A DNA stretch of 37,258 nt from a virus: positions 1 through 37,258 of the IMG/VR virus record IMGVR_UViG_3300045988_170598; one strand, 5' to 3'. Shown here in pieces: positions 1 through 9,058 of this stretch (positions are counted from its first letter, which is position 1; each line of letters starts with the position of its first letter). The notes under the pieces were generated by a model. That model was not told the origin of the DNA. It made no database searches and saw only the letters and a program-made list of their open reading frames with translations. Both the position numbers and the translations under genes were made by a program.

Positions 1-99
1 ATTTAAATTCTGGAATGTTACCTAAGGATGTAATTGAAAAAATTAGGAATATGAAAGAAGAGGATTTAAAAAAAGAAAATAATGAAAATGAAAAAAAAG
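1..99. repeat. 99-bp terminal overlap, identical to 37160-37258 (circular-contig closure)
   Basis: Direct comparison of the first and last 99 bases. The reading frame of the protease gene continues across the junction. Confidence 0.95.
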
Positions 100-185
100 A
101 AATTAATTCATTAAAAGAAAAGCTAGTATTTAAGAATAAAAGTGTGACTAGCTTTTTATTATGTCAAAAAGAAGGGATGTTATAA
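1..185 (+). CDS. prohead (head maturation) protease, ClpP/S14 family: C-terminal end of the gene that starts at 36613
   Basis: The frame starting at base 3 continues the frame of 36613..37258 through the overlap. The TAA at 183-185 abuts the capsid ATG at 186. Confidence 0.85.
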   Translation, partial: LNSGMLPKDVIEKIRNMKEEDLKKENNENEKKEINSLKEKLVFKNKSVTSFLLCQKEGML

Positions 186-1400
186 ATGTCAAAAGAATTA
201 AGAGAATTATTAAATCAGTTAGATTCAAAGAATAAGGAGTTAAATTCTTTATTAAATAAAGATGGAGTAACAGCTGAAGAATTAAATAAAACTTCAAATG
301 AAATAGATATTTTACAAGCAAAAATTGAAGCTCAAAAAAGAAAAGAAAATATTGAAAATAACTTCAATGAAGATAATGTTAAGTCTTTAAATACAGGAAA
401 AGAAGAAAATGTTATTTATAATGGTGCTTTATTTGTTAGAGCAATAGCAGACAATTTACTTAAACAAAAAAATCAAAGAGGATTAAATCTTTCTGAAAAA
501 GAAATAAATGCTATATCAGAAAATATAGATGAAGATGGTGGCTATACTGTTCCAGAGGATATTCAGACAAAGATTAATACAAGATTAAAAGACACAACAG
601 ATTTATATAACATGGTAGATTATGAGCCTGTATTTACTAGAAGTGGTAGTAGAACATATGAAAAGAGAAGTAAGCAAAAACCTATGAAACCATTAAGTGA
701 AAACCAACAGATTCCTACTAATGGCGATAATGGTAAACTTGAGAGATTTAATTTTAAATTAAAAGATTTAGCAGATTTTATGTCAATACCAAATGATTTA
801 TTAAAATTTGCTGATAAAAGTTTAGAAGATTGGATAATAAATTGGTTTGTAGATAAAGTTAGAATAACTAGAAATGCAGAAATTTTATATGGAGCAGGTG
901 GAGATGAACATGCTACTGGTATTATGACAGCAAATAAATTTAAAAAGATTACATTACCAAAATCACCAGCATTAAAGGATTTTAAGAAATGTAAAAATGT
1001 TGAGTTATTAAATGTATTTAAAGCAACTTCTAGTTGGATTGTTAATCAAGATGGATTTAACTACTTAGATAGTTTAGAAGATAAGACAGGTAGACCATAT
1101 CTTCAACCAGATCCAAAAGACCCAACACAATATAGATTCTTAGGATTACCAGTTATTGAATTACCTAACGACCTTTTATTATCAACTGAAAGTGCTATTC
1201 CAGTTTTATTAGGTGATACAAAAGAAGCTTATAAATATGTTTCAGATGGAGCATATGAACTCGCTACAACAAATATAGGAGCTGGAGCATTTGAAACTAA
1301 CACAACAAAGGCAAGAATAATAATGAGAATAGATGGAAATGTTAAAGATTCAGAAGCATTATTAATTGCAGAAATTCCAGTTGAATCAGTACAAGCTTAA
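186..1400 (+). CDS. major capsid protein, HK97-like, with N-terminal coiled-coil delta/scaffold domain
   Basis: 404 aa, directly after the ClpP-type protease and portal. Charged coiled-coil N-terminus (residues about 1-60). No separate scaffold gene is present. Confidence 0.85.
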   Translation: MSKELRELLNQLDSKNKELNSLLNKDGVTAEELNKTSNEIDILQAKIEAQKRKENIENNFNEDNVKSLNTGKEENVIYNGALFVRAIADNLLKQKNQRGLNLSEKEINAISENIDEDGGYTVPEDIQTKINTRLKDTTDLYNMVDYEPVFTRSGSRTYEKRSKQKPMKPLSENQQIPTNGDNGKLERFNFKLKDLADFMSIPNDLLKFADKSLEDWIINWFVDKVRITRNAEILYGAGGDEHATGIMTANKFKKITLPKSPALKDFKKCKNVELLNVFKATSSWIVNQDGFNYLDSLEDKTGRPYLQPDPKDPTQYRFLGLPVIELPNDLLLSTESAIPVLLGDTKEAYKYVSDGAYELATTNIGAGAFETNTTKARIIMRIDGNVKDSEALLIAEIPVESVQA

Positions 1401-1417
1401 AAAGTTGGTGAAAATTA

Positions 1418-1717
1418 ATGATATTATCTGTAGATGAAGTTAAAAATTATCTTAGAGTTGATTATGATGAAGATGATATTTTAATACAAGATTTGATAGA
1501 ATCAGCTGAAGATTATTTATATAATGCTACTGGTAAAAAATTCACAGAAAAAAATAAGTTAGCTAAAAGGTATTGTCTAGCTTTAGTTTATGATTGGTAT
1601 AAGGATAAAGGAATGAATATAAGAGCAACTAAAAACACTACTGTAAGTGAAAAAGTTAAATATACATTACAGTCTATCCTTTTACAATTAAAATTTTGTA
1701 AGGAGGAAGATACCTAA
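1418..1717 (+). CDS. head-tail connector protein (gp6-like, Phage_connect_1 type)
   Basis: 99 aa. The N-terminal motif LSVDEVKNYLRVDYDEDDILIQDLIESAEDYL is typical of this family. The gene sits after the capsid gene. Confidence 0.75.
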   Translation: MILSVDEVKNYLRVDYDEDDILIQDLIESAEDYLYNATGKKFTEKNKLAKRYCLALVYDWYKDKGMNIRATKNTTVSEKVKYTLQSILLQLKFCKEEDT

Positions 1718-2058
1718 TGGCTGAATGTAGACTTAATGAAAGAATAATAATAGAAGAATTAGCTATTATTCAAAATTCAAATGGATTTGAAGAAGAGAAG
1801 TGGCACGAATATTATAGGTGTTGGAGTTCTTTTAAAAAAGTAAAAGGTAGTAAATTTATTGCAGCCAAAGCTGATAATGCTGAAAATATAGTTACATTTA
1901 CAATAAGATATTGTAATAAAGTAAAAATATTATTGGATATTGAAGCAATTAATAAATTTAGAATTAATTTTAAGGGACATTATTATAAATTAGAATATGT
2001 TGATGATTATGACCAAGGACACGAATGGGTTGATTTAAAAGCTAAAATAATTTCATAA
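1717..2058 (+). CDS. head closure / head-tail adaptor protein (SPP1 gp16-like)
   Basis: 113 aa, ATG overlaps the upstream stop. Pattern L.ERI.I ... W ... F.IRY fits the family, as does synteny. Confidence 0.65.
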   Translation: MAECRLNERIIIEELAIIQNSNGFEEEKWHEYYRCWSSFKKVKGSKFIAAKADNAENIVTFTIRYCNKVKILLDIEAINKFRINFKGHYYKLEYVDDYDQGHEWVDLKAKIIS

Positions 2059-2079
2059 TTATTAACTTTATGTTAAAAT
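2051..2079 (+). promoter_or_regulatory. candidate promoter of the membrane-protein moron (extended -10 TGtTAAAAT, weak -35 TTTCAT)
   Basis: TG at 2071-2072, TAAAAT at 2074-2079, and TTTCAT at 2051-2056 with a 17-nt spacer. The SD AAAGGAG at 2088-2094 follows. Confidence 0.3.
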
Positions 2080-2103
2080 AATGGCATAAAGGAGTGGTTA
2101 ATT

Positions 2104-2451
2104 ATGAAAAAAAGTGCTTTTATATTAGGCCTTATTGGTGGAATTATAGGAATAATATCTTGTGGAATGTTACTTGTAATAGGATTAAATATGAAAGTTA
2201 CAAATGTACATGCTAATAGTGTATTAATATTTAGTATTTTAGGTTTATTAGCAAGTATAGCTGGATTAGTTGGTGCTTGTATAGTAAATAATAAAGCTAA
2301 ATTAGCTGGTATATTAATGTTAATAGGAACTGTTTTAAATGTATTAGCAGCATTTAATTCTATTGGAGCAGATAGTCCAGTTAACTTTATAGCTGGATTA
2401 GTTACAGCGATATTATTCTTAATAGGTGGAATATTTGTATTAAAAAAATAA
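2104..2451 (+). CDS. small polytopic membrane protein (about 4 TM, DUF4064-like), moron inside the head-tail module
   Basis: 115 aa, almost entirely hydrophobic helices rich in G/I/L. It has its own SD and is followed by a strong terminator. Confidence 0.7.
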   Translation: MKKSAFILGLIGGIIGIISCGMLLVIGLNMKVTNVHANSVLIFSILGLLASIAGLVGACIVNNKAKLAGILMLIGTVLNVLAAFNSIGADSPVNFIAGLVTAILFLIGGIFVLKK

Positions 2452-2463
2452 ATTGAATTTTTA

Positions 2464-2497
2464 AGAGAACTTATTTAAATGTAGGTTCTCTTTTTTA
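2464..2497 (+). terminator. rho-independent terminator after the moron
   Basis: AGAGAAC (2464-2470) pairs with GTTCTCT (2485-2491), followed by a T-run. Confidence 0.7.
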
Positions 2498-2511
2498 TTT
2501 GGAGAAAATTT

Positions 2512-2871
2512 ATGGCTAGTTTAGAAATTGAAGGGTTTGAAGAGTTTGAAAAATTCATAAGTGAAGATATGGTTTTAGATGAAAGTACTAAAAGAAAAGG
2601 AATAAAAGCTGGAATTACTAAAATAGGAAAAGCAATAGAAAAAAATTCTCCTATCAAATCAGGTAGATTAAGTAAGGTAAAAATAAGAGTAAAAAATACT
2701 GGATTAGCTACAGAAGGAACAGCTTCTTCAAGTGAATTTTATGATATATTTCAAAACTTTGGTACATCTGAGCAGAAAGCACATGTAGGTTATTTTGATA
2801 GAGCAGTAGATGAAACAACAAATGAAGCTGTTGAAGAAGTAGCTGAAATTATTTTTAGAAAAATGAGGTGA
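2512..2871 (+). CDS. tail component, HK97 gp10 family
   Basis: 119 aa. Motifs SPIKSGRLSK and YDIFQNFGTS..KAHVGYFDRA fit the family, as does its position before the tail terminator and major tail genes. Confidence 0.7.
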   Translation: MASLEIEGFEEFEKFISEDMVLDESTKRKGIKAGITKIGKAIEKNSPIKSGRLSKVKIRVKNTGLATEGTASSSEFYDIFQNFGTSEQKAHVGYFDRAVDETTNEAVEEVAEIIFRKMR

Positions 2872-2882
2872 TATAAATAAAT

Positions 2883-3227
2883 ATTAAAGAATTTTTATTT
2901 AAGGCCTTAAATTCTGATGAAATTTTAAATTTAACTGGAGATAAAAAGGTACATTTCCTACATGCAAAAAAACCTACAACTCCATATTTAGAATATGAGG
3001 TTATTAGTGAAAGAGAAGCTTATTCTGAAGAAGGAAATGAAAAATATACAAATTATTTAGTACAAGTAGATATTTTTTCTGAAGTAGATTATTCTTCTTT
3101 AGAAGAAGCAGTAAAAAAAGAATTAATAAAAAATGGTTTTAGTAGAGAACAAGGGGCAGATCTCTATGAAAAAGAAACTGGATTATATCATAAGGCAATG
3201 CGATTTAATATAGCATTGCCTTTTTAA
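2883..3227 (+). CDS. tail terminator / tail completion protein (DUF3168, SPP1 gp17-like), not in the ORF track, non-AUG start (ATT 2883 or ATA 2877)
   Basis: Stop-free frame of about 116 codons from 2877 to the TAA at 3225-3227 in a very AT-rich genome. No in-frame ATG/GTG/TTG occurs until near the end. SD AGGTGAT lies at 2866-2872. The gene fills the expected synteny slot. Confidence 0.65.
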   Translation: MKEFLFKALNSDEILNLTGDKKVHFLHAKKPTTPYLEYEVISEREAYSEEGNEKYTNYLVQVDIFSEVDYSSLEEAVKKELIKNGFSREQGADLYEKETGLYHKAMRFNIALPF

Positions 3228-3242
3228 TTTAAAAAAGAAAGG

Positions 3243-3875
3243 ATGATTTTTTTGGGTAAACAAAAAATATTACCGTTAGTAAATGTAAAGAGATTATTTG
3301 TAGCTCATCTATTAACTGAAGAGATTGGAAAAATAAGCTTTGATACTCCTCGTTATCTAGAAGGAGTTAAACAAATTGGAATTAAACCTAAGCAAAATAC
3401 AGATCCATATTATCACGAGGGCCGTAAGATATTTGATGAACAAACAATACAAGATGTGGCTGTAACTATTAATATAACAGATTTAACAGATGAAGATGAA
3501 TGTTATGTTATGGGTCATAAACTAGCAAAAACAGGTGGAGTTATAAGAAATGATAATGATATAGCACCAACTTTAGCTATAATGTATGAAGCAGAAAAAG
3601 CACAAGGTGTTACAAAGTATGGAATACTTTATGCTGGTACGTTTGGATTAAGTGATGAAGATATTAAAGATAAAGAGGGTAAATCTAATTTCCAACCTAA
3701 AAAACTTCAAGCAAGTTTTAGACCGCTAATTGATGGAAGTTGGAAATATGATGTATGTTCTGATTCAGCTAATGTTACTGAAGAATTTTTAACTAATTTC
3801 TTTAAGCAAGTAACTTTAGCTGAACCAGCAGATCCTCTAACTTTAGCTGAACCAGCAGATCCTCAAAAAAAGTAA
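3243..3875 (+). CDS. major tail protein (phi13/TP901-like); the true start is probably TTG 3252
   Basis: 210 aa, located between the tail terminator and the G/GT chaperone genes. SD AAAGGA at 3237-3242 is spaced correctly for TTG 3252 rather than ATG 3243. Confidence 0.7.
   Translation: MIFLGKQKILPLVNVKRLFVAHLLTEEIGKISFDTPRYLEGVKQIGIKPKQNTDPYYHEGRKIFDEQTIQDVAVTINITDLTDEDECYVMGHKLAKTGGVIRNDNDIAPTLAIMYEAEKAQGVTKYGILYAGTFGLSDEDIKDKEGKSNFQPKKLQASFRPLIDGSWKYDVCSDSANVTEEFLTNFFKQVTLAEPADPLTLAEPADPQKK
3811..3864 (+). repeat. perfect 27-bp tandem duplication (2 copies) at the 3' end of the major tail gene
   Basis: taactttagctgaaccagcagatcctc occurs at 3811-3837 and again at 3838-3864. This encodes LAEPADP twice, in frame. 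Confidence 0.95.
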
Positions 3876-3894
3876 AAGTAAAGGAGATTACTAA

Positions 3895-4269
3895 ATGAAA
3901 AGAAAGTTATTACTAGGTAATGAAGAATTAGAATTTAAAATGACAAATGGTACTTATTTATATTTAGATAATGAATATGGAAGTGCTGGAAGAATAATAA
4001 ATTCTATGATGTATGGAGTTAAAGCTTTTGATGAAGGGGAAGAAAAACCTAAAAGCTTTGGTGCAGATGGAATGCTTAATAACTCTTTAAAAATATTAAG
4101 TGCTTCATGCATAACTAGAGCATTAGAAGTTAAAGAGCTAGAAGAAAAACTTACAGCTGATCAATTAGTTAGTGAAGCTGCTAATTTAGCTGGAGAAATA
4201 TATTTTGATTATAGAGGAATAAAAAAATCAGAAGAGGAAGAGGAAAATGAAACTTCTGAAAAAAAGTAG
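3895..4269 (+). CDS. tail assembly chaperone (gpG analogue)
   Basis: 124 aa, acidic C-terminus, located between the major tail and tape measure genes. Confidence 0.75.
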   Translation: MKRKLLLGNEELEFKMTNGTYLYLDNEYGSAGRIINSMMYGVKAFDEGEEKPKSFGADGMLNNSLKILSASCITRALEVKELEEKLTADQLVSEAANLAGEIYFDYRGIKKSEEEEENETSEKK

Positions 4270-4475
4270 ATATGTCTAAAGAGCCTTTGAATATTCGAAG
4301 GCTCTTTTTAATTAGTAAAAATCATTTGAAGTTTAGTAGGAATGATTTTTTAGAAAGTACAGCAAAAGAAATTAGTGATTTACTAGAAGAACTTAATTCT
4401 ATGAACTCTGAAGAAGATGATGAAGAAGAAGTAATAGAAAAAGTAGTTAGTATAGATAATTTTCCTTTCTTATAG
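3895..4475 (+). CDS. tail assembly chaperone G-T fusion (about 193 aa) produced by a -1 frameshift at 4260-4266
   Basis: The tracked ORF 4272..4475 is in the -1 frame relative to 3895..4269 and has no SD of its own. The conserved G/GT arrangement lies upstream of the tape measure gene. Confidence 0.6.
4260..4266 (+). promoter_or_regulatory. -1 programmed ribosomal frameshift heptamer A_AAA_AAG
   Basis: gaa aaa aag tag in the zero frame. The -1 frame is closed by TGA at 4257-4259 and is then open from 4260 to 4475. Confidence 0.65.
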
Positions 4476-4493
4476 AAGGAAGAAAGGAGGAAA

Positions 4494-7400
4494 ATGAGTG
4501 ATTTAGAAAAACGAATAACGGCTAAAATGGTTTTAGATGATAGTGGTTATTCTAATACATTAAAAGGTATTAATGCTACTTTAAGAGAAAATAAAAGTGA
4601 ACTTAAAGCAGCTACAAGTGGATTAAATGCATTTGGTAAAAGTACCAGTAATGTAGAAAGGGTTCAAAGAGCTTTTAAGGATCAGCTAGAAACACAAGCT
4701 AAAAAAGTTAAAGTTTATAAAGATAGCTTAAAAAAAGCGAATGATACTCTTGAAAAGAATGTTGCTACTAGATCTAAATTAGTTAAAAGTATTTCACAAG
4801 AAGAAGCCAAACTTAGTTCTTTAAAAAAGAAATATGGGGAAAATAACGATGCTGTAAGAAATGTAGAAAAAAGACTAGAAGAATATAAAGAAAAGCTTGA
4901 AAAAGTAGATAGTTCTATTGAAAGTAATTCTAAGAGAATACAATCTTATTCTACACAATTAAATAATGCAGAAGCTGAATTAAATAAAGCAGCTGCTGCT
5001 GCTAAAAAATTTAATGATGAAGTAGCAAAAAATAATGGTTTAAAAACTACTTCTAAAAAATTAGAGGAAGCAAGTTCTAACTTTAAAAAATTTGGAGAAG
5101 GAGCTAAGAAAGTAGGTTCTTCTTTAACAACACATGTAACTTTACCACTTGCTGGTGTAGCAGCAGCATCTACTGCTGTAGGTATGGAGTTTGAGGCTCA
5201 GATGGATAAAGTTGCAGCAATATCAGGAGCAACTGGAGAAGATTTTAAAAAGTTAAAATCTAAAGCAGAAGAAATGGGAGCTAAAACTAAATTTAGTGCT
5301 AGTGAAGCTGGTCAGGGCTTAGAATATATGGCTATGGCTGGTTGGAAAACTGGCGATATGTTAAATGGTATAGAACCAATATTAAATTTAGCTATAGCTT
5401 CAGGTGAAGAACTTGGAACAACATCTGATATAGTTACAGATGCCTTAACTGCATTTGGATTAACTGCTAAAGATGCTGGAATGTTCTCTGATGTTTTAGC
5501 AGCTGCATCATCTAATGCTAATACTAATGTTGGTATGATGGGTGAAACATTTAAATATGCAGCACCAGTTTGTGGAGCATTAGGTTATAATGCTAAAGAT
5601 ACAGCTTTAGCTATTGGATTAATGGCGAACAGCGGTATTAAAGCAAGTCAAGCTGGTACAGCACTTAGAGCAGGATTAACTAACTTAGTAAAACCTACAG
5701 ATTCTATGGCTGCTGTAATGGATAAATACGGTATTTCATTAAAAGATAGTAATGGTAATATGAAGGCTTTCAAAACAGTAATGGAAGACTTAAGAACTAA
5801 ATTTGGAAATTTAGATAAATCAACTCAAGCAGCTGCTGTAAGTACATTGTTTGGGAAAGAAGCAATGTCAGGCTGGCTAGCAATAATAAATGCATCAAGT
5901 GCTGATTTTGATAAACTTTCTGGAGCTATTGATAAAAGTGAAGGTGCTACCGCACAAATGGCAAAAACTATGAGTGAAAATGCTAAAGGTTCTATAGCAG
6001 AAATGAAGAGTGCTTTAGAAGGAGCAGCAATAAAAGTTTTTGAAGCATTAGCACCTTCTATAACTAAAGTTGCAAATGCAGTTTCTGATTTAGCTACTAA
6101 ATTTAGTAATTTAAGTCCAGAAACACAAGAGTTTATTGTTAAAGCTGGATTAGCTGCTATGGCAGCTGGACCACTTATAAGTGGAGTAGGTAAGTTATCT
6201 ACTGGAATTGGTGGTGTATTAAAAGTTGGCAGCTTATTAACCAAAGGAATTGGAGCAGTTACAACTGAAGCAGAAGTATTAACTGGAGTAACTGGAGCTG
6301 TTGGGGTAGCAGCGGAAGGAACTGCTGTTGCTACTGGTGCAGCTGGAACTGCTGTTGCTGGATTTGGAGCTGTTGCATCTAGTGTGCTTTTACCACTCGC
6401 TGGAGTAGTTACAGTAGTTGGTGCTGTTGGATATGCTGGATATAAAACAGCAAAATACCTTAGTGAAGATGCAACACCAGCTGTAGATTTATTTGCAGAT
6501 AAAGCAGTATATAGTACAGAAACAATTGCTACAAGCCATGGTAAAATGACAATGCAAATACAAACGGATACTATAAAAATTTCAGAATCTACTAAAGAAA
6601 ATGTTCAATCTTATTTAGATATGGATAAAAAAGCTAGTAACAGTTTGATGGAGTTAAGAATGAATAGTGATAAATTTACTAAGGAAGCGAAAGATACTGT
6701 TTTAAAAAACTTTGAAGATATGAGCAAAAAATCAAGTGAATTAAGTGATGAACAAAGAAATGCAATGACAGTAAATTTTAAAAAATTAGTAAGTGATACT
6801 GGAATCTTAACTCAAAAAAATAAAGATGAAATAATAAAGCAATATACAGCTATGGTTAATGGAACTAAGAATCTAACTGCAGAACAAAAACAGCAAACTA
6901 TAAAAGATTTTACTGATACTTTAAATCAAAGTGTAGGATTGTCTAAAAAACAATCTACAGAATTACAGAAAATATATAAAGATATGAGTGAAAAAATTAA
7001 AGCTGGCATGGATAAAAAAAGGGAAGAAGAGCTTAAGAAACAAAAAGAATTTTTTGATAAGTCCAATGCTTTAAATGAAAAAGAAGAAGCTGAAGCTATT
7101 AAAAAAACAAGTGAGTTTTGGGAAAAGCAAAAATCTAAAATTGATGAAGGCCAAAAAAGAATAGAAATGATTTATCAAAAAGCAGCTGAAGAACATAGAA
7201 AAATTACAGAAGATGAATTTAAAGCTATAAGTAGTATCCAACATGGCATGAAAGAGGATGCTATTAAAACATTAAGTGATAACGAAGTGGAAGCTAAAGT
7301 TATATTGGAGAGAATGAAGGGAAATGATGAACATATTACAGCAGAACAAGCTAGTCAACATATCAAGGAATTAAATAAATCTCGTGATGAAGCTATTAAA

Positions 7401-8033
7401 GCAGCAAATGAAGAATGTGATAAGCGTATAGCTGAAATAATTAGAATGAGAGATGAAACTGGCACATTAACAGCAGAACAAGCTGATAAATGTATAGAAG
7501 ATGCTAAAAGGCAAAGAGATGAAACTGTAAGTGCAGCTGAAGAAACTAGAAATCAAGCTGTAGATAAAATAGCTTCTATGAACTCTAATATTAGAGATAG
7601 TGTAAATACTACAACTGGAGAAGTTAAATCCAATTGGGATAAATTAAAAGACTGGTGGGATAATTGGCATCCTGTTAAAAAGATTTTCGAAGTTTTCACT
7701 AAACATACAAGTGATGGAAAGTCAGCAGATCAAAACTGGACTGGTAATTCATATTTTAGAGGTGGATTTACAACTTTACATGAAAGAGGCTATGAACTTT
7801 ATGATTTACCTTCAGGAACTAAAATTTATAATCATGAATCAAGCGAAGCTATGGTCTTAGAAACTGCTAAACAGACAGCTCAAATTGTAGCTGAATCTAT
7901 GTTAGATAATCAGGAAGGTTCTGGAGGAGATATAGTAATCCCTATTTCTATAGCTGGTGAAGAAATTGATAGAATTATAGTTCCTAGAGTAAGTAATAAA
8001 TTAGCTAGAAATTCAAGAAAGGGTGGTAGATAA
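4494..8033 (+). CDS. tail tape measure protein (TP901-type core)
   Basis: 1179 aa. Coiled-coil N- and C-terminal parts, a core resembling AQMDKVAAISGATGEDF...FSASEAGQGLEYMAMAGW, and a Gly/Ala-rich hydrophobic segment. Confidence 0.9.
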   Translation: MSDLEKRITAKMVLDDSGYSNTLKGINATLRENKSELKAATSGLNAFGKSTSNVERVQRAFKDQLETQAKKVKVYKDSLKKANDTLEKNVATRSKLVKSISQEEAKLSSLKKKYGENNDAVRNVEKRLEEYKEKLEKVDSSIESNSKRIQSYSTQLNNAEAELNKAAAAAKKFNDEVAKNNGLKTTSKKLEEASSNFKKFGEGAKKVGSSLTTHVTLPLAGVAAASTAVGMEFEAQMDKVAAISGATGEDFKKLKSKAEEMGAKTKFSASEAGQGLEYMAMAGWKTGDMLNGIEPILNLAIASGEELGTTSDIVTDALTAFGLTAKDAGMFSDVLAAASSNANTNVGMMGETFKYAAPVCGALGYNAKDTALAIGLMANSGIKASQAGTALRAGLTNLVKPTDSMAAVMDKYGISLKDSNGNMKAFKTVMEDLRTKFGNLDKSTQAAAVSTLFGKEAMSGWLAIINASSADFDKLSGAIDKSEGATAQMAKTMSENAKGSIAEMKSALEGAAIKVFEALAPSITKVANAVSDLATKFSNLSPETQEFIVKAGLAAMAAGPLISGVGKLSTGIGGVLKVGSLLTKGIGAVTTEAEVLTGVTGAVGVAAEGTAVATGAAGTAVAGFGAVASSVLLPLAGVVTVVGAVGYAGYKTAKYLSEDATPAVDLFADKAVYSTETIATSHGKMTMQIQTDTIKISESTKENVQSYLDMDKKASNSLMELRMNSDKFTKEAKDTVLKNFEDMSKKSSELSDEQRNAMTVNFKKLVSDTGILTQKNKDEIIKQYTAMVNGTKNLTAEQKQQTIKDFTDTLNQSVGLSKKQSTELQKIYKDMSEKIKAGMDKKREEELKKQKEFFDKSNALNEKEEAEAIKKTSEFWEKQKSKIDEGQKRIEMIYQKAAEEHRKITEDEFKAISSIQHGMKEDAIKTLSDNEVEAKVILERMKGNDEHITAEQASQHIKELNKSRDEAIKAANEECDKRIAEIIRMRDETGTLTAEQADKCIEDAKRQRDETVSAAEETRNQAVDKIASMNSNIRDSVNTTTGEVKSNWDKLKDWWDNWHPVKKIFEVFTKHTSDGKSADQNWTGNSYFRGGFTTLHERGYELYDLPSGTKIYNHESSEAMVLETAKQTAQIVAESMLDNQEGSGGDIVIPISIAGEEIDRIIVPRVSNKLARNSRKGGR

Positions 8034-8736
8034 AATGTTGATAAATAATATTGATATAAATAATTTTAATTCTAGAATTTTAGAAGTAGATATACAAAAC
8101 TCTAAAATTTTAAATAAAGATAATATTAATACTATAAACAGATTATATCCAACTTTCTTAAAAAATAGCATTGGTTTAAATGCAATAACAGTAACATTGT
8201 TAGTTAATTCTTTAGATAAAAAAAGATATTACATAGATAAAAGTAACTTATTAAAGCAAATGTTAGAACCATTTTATCTTTACTTTAAAGATAGAGATTT
8301 AAAATTTTATTGCATATTACAAAACCAAGAAAATAAAGCTAGTTTGAAACAAATTAGAGGTAGATTACAACTACAGATTCTAGGTTATAACCTAGAATCT
8401 GTTGAAATATTAAATTTGAATAGAGTTAATCAAAAGACGTTTAATATTTCTGGGAATTATACAGTACCAGCAATAGTAGAAATTACTCCAAGTGTAGATA
8501 TTATAGATTTGAAATTAGAGGGATTGGCTAATGATCCTATAATAATTAAAAATTTACATGCAAATAAAAAAATAATAATAGATAGTAAAGAGGGAACTGT
8601 TACAGAAGAAGGAAAGAATAAATTTTCTGATACTGACTTTTGGGAGTTTCCTTTTTTAATGCCAGGAAACAATGAAATTATTTTAAGTAAAAATAGTTGT
8701 GATGTGGTTATAAAATACGAGCCACGTTACATATAA
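8023..8736 (+). CDS. distal tail protein (Dit); the likely start is ATG 8035
   Basis: About 233-237 aa immediately after the tape measure gene. SD AAGGGTGG lies 8 nt before ATG 8035. Confidence 0.65.
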   Translation: MVDKMLINNIDINNFNSRILEVDIQNSKILNKDNINTINRLYPTFLKNSIGLNAITVTLLVNSLDKKRYYIDKSNLLKQMLEPFYLYFKDRDLKFYCILQNQENKASLKQIRGRLQLQILGYNLESVEILNLNRVNQKTFNISGNYTVPAIVEITPSVDIIDLKLEGLANDPIIIKNLHANKKIIIDSKEGTVTEEGKNKFSDTDFWEFPFLMPGNNEIILSKNSCDVVIKYEPRYI

Positions 8737-8761
8737 AAAATAAAGAAAGAAGGAATATAAA

Positions 8762-9055
8762 ATGGCAGAATTAGAAAATAAAATTACATCTGTAGAATCT
8801 ACAGCAAAAGTAACAAGTACAATAACAGAATCTACAAATCTTAATGGAACAGTAGAAGTTGAAAAAGATGGAATGAAACAAACAGTATTAACAATGAGTT
8901 GTAGTTTAACTCAAAATACTGTTGCTAACATTCAAACATATGTAACTAATATGGATTTATTCTTAGCAAACTCTCAACTTGTTCAAGCAGAAGTTATAAA
9001 ATTTAGGGAAAAAGCAACACAAGTAGGGAAAAGCTTAAATTGTTTTGTATTTTAG
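8762..9055 (+). CDS. hypothetical protein (97 aa) inserted between Dit and Tal
   Basis: Good SD (GAAGGA). No family recognised. Confidence 0.5.
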   Translation: MAELENKITSVESTAKVTSTITESTNLNGTVEVEKDGMKQTVLTMSCSLTQNTVANIQTYVTNMDLFLANSQLVQAEVIKFREKATQVGKSLNCFVF

Positions 9056-9058
9056 TAT

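Noticed and set aside
5825-6244. Minus-strand ORF (139 aa) inside the tape measure gene. Similar antisense ORFs lie at 2475-2657, 8457-8672, 10361-10546, 10742-10951, 10976-11401, 14186-14716, 14855-15106 and 15245-15577.
   Set aside because: All lie antisense within long, well-supported structural genes. They have Ala/Leu/Ser/Ile-rich low-complexity products that mirror repetitive sense-strand codons, and they lack SD sequences.
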